Below, one piece after another: positions 1-12,000 of a DNA stretch of 64,000 bases. The stretch covers positions 13,736,912-13,800,911 of the forward strand of contig NC_092675.1 in the NCBI RefSeq assembly GCF_964355755.1, written 5' to 3'. A model generated the notes under the pieces. The model was not told the DNA's origin. It saw only the letters and a list, made by a program, of their open reading frames with translations, and made no database searches. The DNA is from Antedon mediterranea (taxonomy: Eukaryota; Animalia; Echinodermata). Made by a program: the position numbers and the translations under genes. Position 1 is the first letter of the stretch. Each line of letters starts with the position of its first letter.

Positions 1-3000
1 GCATTTGGAAACGTTTTAGACCATTTTGTGATTTTCGAAAAAGATTGTTAACATAAAAACACCAAAGTGCTTAGAAAAGCTTCAAATCGCATTTGGAGAC
101 GTTTTAGACCATTTTGTGCATTTCGATGAAACTTGGTTACACAAAAACATCAAAGTGCTTAAAATCACATTATAAACCATTTTAGACCATTTTGAGCATT
201 TCGATAACACTTTTCACACAAAAACATCAAAGAGCACAAAATAGCTTAATATCTTATTTAAAAACGTTTTAGACCATTTTGAGCATTTCGACAAAACTTT
301 TTCACACAAAACACCAAAGTGCTTAGAATAGCTTCAAATCGCATTTGGAGACGTTTTAGACCATTTTGTGATTTCCGAAAAAACTTGTTAACCTAAAAAT
401 ACCAAAGTGTTTAGAATAGCTTCAAATCGCATTTGGAGACGTTTTAGACCATTTTGTGATTTTCGAAAAAACTTGTTAACATAAAAACACCAAAGTGCTT
501 CAAATCGCATTTGGAGACATTTTAGACCAATTTGTGATTTTTGAAAAAACTTGTTAACATAAAAACACCAAAGTGCTTACAATAGCTTCAAATCGTATTT
601 GGAGACGTTTTAGACCATTTTGTGATTTTCGAAAAAACTTGTTAACATAAAAACACCAAAGTACTTAGAATAGCTTCAAATCGCATTTGGAGACGTTTTA
701 GACCATTTTATGCTTTTCGATGAAACTTGGTTACACAAAAACATCAAAGTGCTTAAAATCACATTATAATCCGTTTTAGACCATTTTGAGCATTTCGATA
801 ACACTTTTCACACAAAAACATCAAAGAGCACAAAATAGCTTAATATCGTATTTAAAAACGTTTTAGACCATTTTGAGCATTTCGACAAAACTTTTTCACA
901 CAAAACACCAAAGTGCTTAGAATAGCTTCAAATCGCATTTGGAGACGTTTTAGACCATTTTGTGATTTTCGAAAAAAATTGTTAACATAAAAACATCAAA
1001 GTGTACAGAATAGCTTCAAATCGCATTTGGAGACCGTTTTAGGCCAATTTGTGATTTTCGAAAAAACTTGTTAACCTAAAAATACCAAAGTGTTTAGAAT
1101 AGCTTCAAATCGCATTTGGAGACGTTTTAGACCATTTTGTGATTTTCGAAAAAACTTGTTAACATAAAAACACCAAAGTGCTTAGAATAGCTTCAAATCG
1201 CATTTGGAGACATTTTAGACCAATTTGTGATTTTCGAAAAAACTTGTCAACATAAAAACATCAAAGTGCTTAAAATCACATTATAATCCGTTTTAGACCA
1301 TTTTGAGCATTTCGATAACACTTTTCACACAAAAACATCAAAGAGCACAAAATAGCTTAATATCGTATTTAAAAACGTTTTAACCATTTTGAGCATTTCG
1401 ACAAAACTTTTTCACACAAAACACCAAAGTGCTTAGAATAGCTTCAAATCGCATTTGGAGACGTTTTAGACCATTTTGTGATTTTCGAAAAAAATTGTTA
1501 ACATAAAAACATCAAAGTGTACATAATAGCTTCAAATCGCATTTGGAGACCGTTTTAGGCCAATTTGTGATTTTCGAAAAAACTTGTTAACCTAAAAATA
1601 CCAAAGTGTTTAGAATAGCTTCAAATCGCATTTGGAGACGTTTTAGACCATTTTGTGATTTTCGAAAAAACTTGTTAACATAAAAACACCAAAGTGCTTA
1701 GAATAGCTTCAAATCGCATATGGAGACATTTTAGACCAATTTGTGATTTTCGAAAAAACTTGTCAACATAAAAACACCAAAGGGTTTAGAATATCTTCAA
1801 ATCGCATTTGGAGACGTTTTAGACCATTTTGTGATTTTCGAAAAAACTTGTTAACATAAAAACACCAAAGTGCTTAGAATAGCTTCAAATCGCATTTGGA
1901 GACGTTTTAGACCAATTTGTGATTTTCGAAAAAACTTATCAACATAAAAACACCAAAGGGTTTAGAATAGCTTCAAATCGCATTTGGAGACGTTTTAGAC
2001 CATTTTGTGATTTTGAAAAAACTTGTTAACATAAAAACACCAAAGTGCTTAGAATAGCTTCAAATCGCATTTGGAGACGTTTTAGACCATTTTGTGATTT
2101 TCGAAAAAACTTGTTAACATAAAAACACCAAAGTGCTTAGAATAGCTTCAAATCGTATTTGGAGACGTTTTAGACCATTTTGAGATTTTCGAAAAAACTT
2201 GGTTACACAAAAACATCAAAGTGCTTAAAATCACATTATAAACCGTTTTAGACCATTTTGAGCATTTCGATAACACTTTTCACACAAAAACATCAAAGAG
2301 CACAAAATAGCTTAATATCGTATTTAAAAACGTTTTAGACCATTTTGAGCATTTCGACAAAACTTTTTCACACAAAACACCAAAGTGCTTAGAATAGCTT
2401 CAAATTGCATTTGGAGACGTTTTAGACCAATTTGTGCATTTCGATGAAACTTGATTACACAAAAACATCAAAGTGCTTAAAATCACATCATAAACCGTTT
2501 TAGACCATTTTGAGCATTTCGATAACACTTTTCACACAAAAACATGAAAGAGCACAAAATAGCTTAATATCGTATTTAAAAACGTTTTAGACCATTTTGA
2601 GCATTTCGACAAAACTTTTTTACACAAAACACCAAAGTGCTTAGAATAGCTTCAAATCGCATTTGGAGACGTTTTAGACCAATTTGTGCATTTCGATGAA
2701 ACTTGATTACACAAAAACATCAAAGTGCTTAAAATCACATTATAAACCGTTTTAGACCATTTTGAGCATTTCGATAACACTTTTCACACAAAAACATCAA
2801 AGAGCACAAAATAGCTTAATATCGTATTTAAAAACGTTTTAGACCATTTTGAGCATTTAGACAAAACTTTTTCACACAAAACACCAAAGTGCTTAGAATA
2901 GCTTCAAATCGCATTTGGAGACGTTTTAGACCATTTTGTGCATTTCGATGAAACTTGGTTACACAAAAACATCAAAGTGCTTAAAATCACATTATAAATC

Positions 3001-6000
3001 GTTTTAGACCATTTTGAGCATTTCGACAAAACTTTTTCACACAAAATACCAAAGTGCTTAGAATAGCTTCAAATCGCATTTCGAGACGTTTTAGACCATT
3101 TTGTGATTTTCGAAAAAACTTTTTAACATAAAAACACCAAAGTGCTTAGAATAGCTTCAAATCACATTTGGAGACATTTTAGACCATTTTGTGATTTTCG
3201 AAAAAACTTGTTAACATAAAAACACGAAAGTGCTTAGAATAGCTTCAAATCGCATTTGGAAACGTTTTAGACCATTTTGTGATTTTCGAAAAAAATTGTT
3301 AACATAAAAACACCAAAGTGCTTAGAATCACATTATAAACCGTTTTAGACCATTTTGAGCATTTCGATAACAATTTTCACACAAAAACATCAAAGAGCAC
3401 AAAATAGCTTAATATCGTATTTAAAAATGTTTTAGACCATTTTGAGCATTTAGATAAAACTTTTTCACACAAAACACCAAAGTGCTTAGAATAGCTTCAA
3501 ATCGCATTTGGAGACGTTTTAGACCATTTTGTGATTTTTGAAAAAACTTGTTAACATAAAAACACCAAAGTGCTTAGAATAGCTTCAAATCACATTTGGA
3601 GACGTTTTAGACCATTTTGTGATTTTTGAAAAAACTTGTTAACATAAAAACACGAAAGTGCTTAGAATAGCTTCAAATCGCATTTGGAAACGTTTTAGAC
3701 CATTTTGTGATTTTCGAAAAAGATTGTTAACATAAAAACACCAAAGTGCTTAGAATCACATTATAAACCGTTTTAGACCATTTTGAGCATTTCGATAACA
3801 ATTTTCACACAAAAACATCAAAGAGCACAAAATAGCTTAATATCGTATTTAAAAATGTTTTAGACCATTTTGAGCATTTAGATAAAACTTTTTCACACAA
3901 AACACCAAAGTGCTTAGAATAGCTTTAAATCGCATTTGGAGACGGTTTAGACCATTTTGTGATTTTGAAAAAACTTGTTAACATAAAAACACCAAAGTGC
4001 TTAGAATAGCTTCAAATCGCATTTGGAGACGTTTTAGACCATTTTGTGATTTTCGAAAAAACTTGTTAACATAAAAACACCAAAGTGCTTAGAATAGCTT
4101 CAAATCGTATTTGGAGACGTTTTAGACCATTTTGAGATTTTCGAAAAAACTTGGTTACACAAAAACATCAAAGTGCTTAAAATCACATTATAAACCGTTT
4201 TAGACCATTTTGAGCATTTCGATAACACTTTTCACACAAAAACATCAAAGAGCACAAAATAGCTTAATATCGTATTTAAAAACGTTTTAGACCATTTTGA
4301 GCATTTCGACAAAACTTTTTCACACAAAACACCAAAGTGCTTAGAATAGCTTCAAATCGCATTTGGAGACGTTTTAGACCAATTTGTGCATTTCGATGAA
4401 ACTTGATTACACAAAAACATCAAAGTGCTTAAAATCACATTATAAACCGTTTTAGACCATTTTGAGCATTTCGATAACACTTTTCACACAAAAACATCAA
4501 AGAGCACAAAATAGCTTAATATCGTATTTAAAAACGTTTTAGACCATTTTGAGCATTTAGACAAAACTTTTTCACACAAAACACCAAAGTGCTTAGAATA
4601 GCTTCAAATCGCATTTGGAGACGTTTTAGACCATTTTGTGCATTTCGATGGAACTTGGTTACACAAAAACATCAAAGTGCTTAAAATCACATTATAAATC
4701 GTTTTAGACCATTTTGAGAATTTCGACAAAACTTTTTCACACAAAATACAAAAGTGCTTAGAATAGCTTCAAATCGTATTTGGAGACGTTTTAGACCTTT
4801 TTGTGCATTTCGATGGAACTTGGTTACACAAAAACATCAAAGTGCTTAAAATCACATTATAAATCGTTTTAGACCATTTTGAGAATTTCGACAAAACTTT
4901 TTCACACAAAATACAAAAGTGCTTAGAATAGCTTCAAATCGCATTTGGAGACGTTTTAGACCATTTTGTGATTTTCGAAAAAACTTGTTAACATAAAAAC
5001 ACGAAAGTGCTTAGAATAGCTTCAAATCGCATTTAGAAACGTTTTAGACCATTTTGTGATTTTCGAAAAAAATTGTTAACATAAAAACACCAAAGTGCTT
5101 AGAATCACATTATAAACCGTTTTAGACCATTTTGAGCATTTCGATAACAATTTTCACACAAAAACATCAAAGAGCACAAAATAGCTTAATATCGTATTTA
5201 AAAATGTTTTAGACCATTTTGAGCATTTAGATAAAACTTTTTCACACAAAACACCAAAGTGCTTAGAATAGCTTCAAATCGCATTTGGAGACGTTTTAGA
5301 CCAATTTGTGATTTTTGAAAAAACTTGTTAACACAAAAACATCAAAGTGCTTAGAATAGCTTCAAATCGCATTTGAAGACGTTTTAGACCATTTTCTGAT
5401 TTTTGAAAAAACTTGTTAACATAAAAACACCAAAGTGCTTAGAATAGCTTCAAATCACATTTGGAGACGTTTTAGACCATTTTGTGATTTTCGAAAAAAC
5501 TTGTTAACATAAAAACACGAAAGTGCTTAGAATAGCTTCAAATCGCATTTGGAAACGTTTTAGACCATTTTGTGATTTTCGAAAAAACTTGTTAACATAA
5601 AAACACGAAAGTGCTTAGAATAGCTTCAAATCGCATTTGGAAACGTTTTAGACCATTTTGTGATTTTCGAAAAAAATTGTTAACATAAAAACACCAAAGT
5701 GTTTAGAATAGCTTCAAATCGCATTTGGAGACGTTTTAGACCAATTTGTGATTTTCGAAAAAACTTATCAACATAAAAACACCAAAGGGTTTAGAATAGC
5801 TTCAAATCGCATTTGGAGACGTTTTAGACCATTTTGTGATTTTCGAAAAAACTTGTTAACATAAAAACACCAAAGTGCTTAGAATAGCTTCAAATCGTAT
5901 TTGGAGACGTTTTAGACCATTTTGAGATTTTCGAAAAAACTTGGTTACACAAAAACATCAAAGTGCTTAAAATCACATTATAAACCGTTTTAGACCATTT

Positions 6001-9000
6001 TGAACATTTCGATAACACTTTTCACACAAAAACATCAAAGAGCACAAAAAAGCTTAATATCGTATTTAAAAACGTTTTAGACCATTTTGAGCATTTCGAC
6101 AAAACTTTTTCACACAAAACACCAAAGTGCTTAGAATAGCTTCAAATCGCATTTGGAGACGTTTTAGACCAATTTGTGCATTTCGATGAAACTTGATTAC
6201 ACAAAAACATCAACGTGCTTAAAATCACATTATAAACCGTTTTAGACCATTTTGAGCATTTCGATAACACTTTTCACACAAAAACATCAAAGAGCACAAA
6301 ATAGCTTAATATCGTATTTAAAAACGTTTTAGACCATTTTGAGCATTTGGACAAAACTTTTTCACACAAAACACCAAAGTGCTTAGAATAGCTTCAAATA
6401 ACATTTGGAGACGTTTTAGACCATTTTGTGCATTTCGATGAAACTTGGTTACACAAAAACATCAAAGTGCTTAAAATCACATTATAAATCGTTTTAGACC
6501 ATTTTGAGCATTTCGACAAAACTTTTTCACACAAAATATCAAAGGGCTTAGAATAGCTTCAAATCGCATTTGGAGACGTTTTAGACCATTTTGTGATTTT
6601 CGAAAAAACTTTTTAACATAAAAACACCAAAGTGCTTAGAATAGCTTCAAATCACATTTGGAGACGTTTTAGACCATTTTGTGATTTTCGAAAAAACTTG
6701 TTAACATAAAAACACGAAAGTGCTTAGAATAGCTTCAAATCGCATTTGGAAACGTTTTAGACCATTTTGTGATTTTCGAAAAAAATTGTTAACATAAAAA
6801 CACCAAAGTGCTTAGAATCACATTATAAACCGTTTTAGACCATTTTGAGCATTTCGATAACAATTTTCACACAAAAACATCAAAGAGCACAAAATAGCTT
6901 AATATCGTATTTAAAAATGTTTTAGACCATTTTGAGCATTTAGAAAAAACTTTTTCACACAAAACACCAAAGTGCTTAGAATAGCTTCAAATCGCATTTG
7001 GAGACGTTTTAGACCATTTTGTGATTTTTGAAAAAACTTGTTAACATAAAAACACCAAAGTGCTTAGAATAGCTTCAAATCACATTTGGAGACGTTTTAG
7101 ACCATTTTGTGATTTTCGAAAAAACTTGTTAACATAAAAACACGAAAGTGCTTAGAATAGCTTCAAATCGCATTTGGAAGCGTTTTAGACCATTTTGTGA
7201 TTTTCGAAAAAACTTGTTAACATAAAAACACGAAAGTGCTTAGAATAGCTTCAAATCGCATTTGGAAACGTTTTAGACCATTTTGTGATTTTCGAAAAAA
7301 ATTGTTAACATAAAAACACCAAAGTGTTTAGAATAGCTTCAAATCGCATTTGGAGACGTTTTAGACCAATTTGTGATTTTCGAAAAAACTTATCAACATA
7401 AAAACACCAAAGGGTTTAGAATAGCTTCAAATCGCATTTGGAAACGTTTTAGACCATTTTGTGATTTTGAAAAAACTTGTTAACATAAAAACACCAAAGT
7501 GCTTAGAATAGCTTCAAATCGCATTTGGAGACGTTTTAGACCAATTTGTGCATTTCGATGAAACTTGATTACACAAAAACATCAACGTGCTTAAAATCAC
7601 ATTATAAACCGTTTTAGACCATTTTGAGCATTTCGATAACACTTTTCACACAAAAACATCAAAGAGCACAAAATAGCTTAATATCGTATTTAAAAACGTT
7701 TTAGACCATTTTTAGCATTTGGACAAAACTTTTTCACACAAAACACCAAAGTGCTTAGAATAGCTTCAAATAACATTTGGAGACGTTTTAGACCATTTTG
7801 TGCATTTCGATGAAACTTGGTTACACAAAAACATCAAAGTGCTTAAAATCACATTATAAATCGTTTTAGACCATTTTGAGCATTTCGACAAAACTTTTTC
7901 ACACAAAATATCAAAGGGCTTAGAATAGCTTCAAATCGCATTTGGAGACGTTTTAGACCATTTTGTGATTTTCGAAAAAACTTTTTAACATAAAAACACC
8001 AAAGTGCTTAGAATAGCTTCAAATCACATTTGGAGACGTTTTAGACCATTTTGTGATTTTCGAAAAAACTTGTTAACATAAAAACACGAAAGTGCTTAGA
8101 ATAGCTTCAAATCGCATTTGGAAACGTTTTAGACCATTTTGTGATTTTCGAAAAAAATTGTTAACATAAAAACACCAAAGTGCTTAGAATCACATTATAA
8201 ACCGTTTTAGACCATTTTGAGCATTTCGATAACAATTTTCACACAAAAACATCAAAGAGCACAAAATAGCTTAATATCGTATTTAAAAATGTTTTAGACC
8301 ATTTTGAGCATTTAGATAAAACTTTTTCACACAAAACACCAAAGTGCTTAGAATAGCTTCAAATCGCATTTGGAGACGTTTTAGACCATTTTGTGATTTT
8401 TGAAAAAACTTGTTAACATAAAAACACCAAAAGTGCTTAGAATAGCTTCAAATCACATTTGGAGACGTTTTAGACCATTTTGTGATTTTCGAAAAAACTT
8501 GTTAACATAAAAACACGAAAGTGCTTAGAATAGCTTCAAATCGCATTTGGAAACGTTTTAGACCATTTTGTGATTTTCGAAAAAACTTGTTAACATAAAA
8601 ACACGAAAGTGCTTAGAATAGCTTCAAATCGCATTTGGAAACGTTTTAGACCATTTTGTGATTTTCGAAAAAAATTGTTAACATAAAAACACCAAAGTGT
8701 TTAGAATAGCTTCAAATCGCATTTGGAGACGTTTTAGACCAATTTGTGATTTTCGAAAAAACTTATCAACATAAAAACACCAAAGGGTTTAGAATAGCTT
8801 CAAATCGCATTTGGAAACGTTTTAGACAATTTTGTGATTTTGAAAAAACTTGTTAACATAAAAACACCAAAGTGCTTAGAATAGCTTCAAATCGCATTTG
8901 GAGACGTTTTAGACCATTTTGTGATTTTCGAAAAAACTTGTTAACATAAAAACACCAAAGTGCTTAGAATAGCTTCAAATCGTATTTGGAGACGTTTTAG

Positions 9001-12000
9001 ACCATTTTGAGATTTTCGAAAAAACTTGGTTACACAAAAACATCAAAGTGCTTAAAATCACATTATAAACCGTTTTAGACCATTTTGAGCATTTCGATAA
9101 CACTTTTGACACAAAAACATCAAAGAGCACAAAATAGCTTAATATCGTATTTAAAAACGTTTTAGACCATTTTGAGCATTTCGACAAAACTTTTTCACAC
9201 AAAACACCAAAGTGCTTAGAATAGCTTCAAATCGCATTTGGAGACGTTTTAGACCAATTTGTGCATTTCGATGAAACTTGATTACACAAAAACATCAAAG
9301 TGCTTAAAATCACATCATAAACCGTTTTAGACCATTTTGAGCATTTCGATAACACTTTTCACACAAAAACATCAAAGAGCACAAAATAGCTTAATATCGT
9401 ATTTAAAAACGTTTTAGACCATTTTGAGCATTTCGACAAAACTTTTTCACACAAAACACCAAAGTGCTTAGAATAGCTTCAAATCGCATTTGGAGACGTT
9501 TTAGACCAATTTGTGCATTTCGATGAAACTTGATTACACAAAAACATCAAAGTGCTTAAAATCACATTATAAACCGTTTTAGACCATTTTGAGCATTTCG
9601 ATAACACTTTTCACACAAAAATATCAAAGAGCACAAAATAGCTTAATATCGTATTTAAAAACGTTTTAGACCATTTTGAGCATTTAGACAAAACTTTTTC
9701 ACACAAAACACCAAAGTGCTTAGAATAGCTTCAAATCGCATTTGGAGACGTTTTAGACCATTTTGTGATTTTTGAAAAAACTTGTTAACATAAAAACACC
9801 AAAGTGCTTAGAATAGCTTCAAATCACATTTGGAGACGTTTTAGACCATTTTGTGATTTTCGAAAAAACTTGTTAACATAAAAACACGAAAGTGCTTAGA
9901 ATAGCTTCAAATCGCATTTGGAAACGTTTTAGACCATTTTGTGATTTTCGAAAAAACTTGTTAACATAAAAACACGAAAGTGCTTAGAATCACATTATAA
10001 ACCGTTTTAGACCATTTTGAGCATTTCGATAACAATTTTCACACAAAAACATCAAAGAGCACAAAATAGCTTAATATCGTATTTAAAAATGTTTTAGACC
10101 ATTTTGAGCATTTAGATAAAACTTTTTCACACAAAACACCAAAGTGTTTAGAATAGCTTCAAATCGCATTTGGAGACGTTTTAGACCATTTTGTGATTTT
10201 TGAAAAAACTTGTTAACATAAAAACACCAAAGTGCTTAGAATAGCTTCAAATCACATTTGGAGATGTTTTAGACCATTTTGTGATTTTTGAAAAAACTTG
10301 TTAACATAAAAACACGAAAGTGCTTAGAATAGCTTCAAATCACATTTGGAGACGTTTTAGACCATTTTGTGATTTTTGAAAAAACTTGTTAACATAAAAA
10401 CACGAAAGTGCTTAGAATAGCTTCAAATCGCATTTGGAAACGTTTTAGACCATTTTGCGATTTTCGAAAAAGATTGTTAACATAAAAACACCAATGTGCT
10501 TAGAATCACATTATAAACCGTTTTAGACCATTTTGAGCATTTCGATAACAATTTTCACACAAAAACATCAAAGAGCACAAAATAACTTAATATCGTATTT
10601 ATAAATGTTTTAGACCATTTTGAGCATTTCGACAAAACTTTTTCACACAAAACACCAAAGTGCTTAGAATAGCTTCAAATCGCATTTGGAGACGTTTTAG
10701 ACCATTTTGTGATTTCGATGAAACTTGATTACACAAAAACATCAAAGTGCTTAAAATCACATTATAAACCGTTTTAGACCATTTTGAGCATTTCGATAAC
10801 ACTTTTCACACAAAAACATCAAAGAGCAAAAAATAGCTTATTATCGTATTTAAAAACGTTTTAGACCATTTTGAGCATTTAGACAAAACTTTTTCACACA
10901 AAACACCAAAGTGCTTAGAATAGCTTCAAATCGCATTTGGAGACGTTTTAGAACATTTTGTGTTTTTCGAAAAAAACTGTTAACATAAAAACACCAAAGT
11001 GCTTAGAATAGCTTCAAATCACATTTGGAGACGTTTTAGACCATTTTGTGATTTTCGAAAAAACTTGTTAACATAAAAACACCAAAGTGCTTAGAATAGC
11101 GTCAAATCGTATTTGGAGACGTTTTAGACCATTTTGTGATTTTCGAAAAAACTTGTTAACATAAAAACACCAAAGTGCTTAGAATAGCTTCAAATCGCAT
11201 TTGGAGACGGTTTAGACCATTTTATGATTTTGAAAAAACTTGTTAACATAAAAACACCAAAGTGCTTAGAATAGCTTCAAATCGCATTTGGAGACGTTTT
11301 AGACCATTTTGTGATTTTCGAAAAAACTTGTTAACATAAAAACACCAAAGTGCTTAGAATAGCTTCAAATCGTATTTGGAGACGTTTTAGACCATTTTGA
11401 GATTTTCGAAAAAACTTGGTTACACAAAAACATCAAAGTGCTTAAAATCACATTATAAACCGTTTTAGACCATTTTGAGCATTTCGATAACACTTTTCAC
11501 ACAAAAACATCAAAGAGCACAAAATAGCTTAATATCGTATTTAAAAACGTTTTAGACCATTTTGAGCATTTCGACAAAACTTTTTCACACAAAACACCAA
11601 AGTGCTTAGAATAGCTTCAAATCGCATTTGGAGACGTTTTAGACCAATTTGTGCATTTCGATGAAACTTGATTACACAAAAACATCAAAGTGCTTAAAAT
11701 CACATCATAAACCGTTTTAGACCATTTTGAGCATTTCGATAACACTTTTCACACAAAAACATCAAAGAGCACAAAATAGCTTAATATCGTATTTAAAAAC
11801 GTTTTAGACCATTTTGAGCATTTCGACAAAACTTTTTCACACAAAACACCAAAGTGCTTAGAATAGCTTCAAATCGCATTTGGAGACGTTTTAGACCAAT
11901 TTGTGCATTTCGATGAAACTTGATTACACAAAAACATCAAAGTGCTTAAAATCACATTATAAACCGTTTTAGACCATTTTGAGCATTTCGATAACACTTT

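Noticed and set aside
460-480. CENP-B box at TTTTCGAAAA
   Set aside because: TTCG is present, but the required downstream CGGG is absent in all monomer classes.
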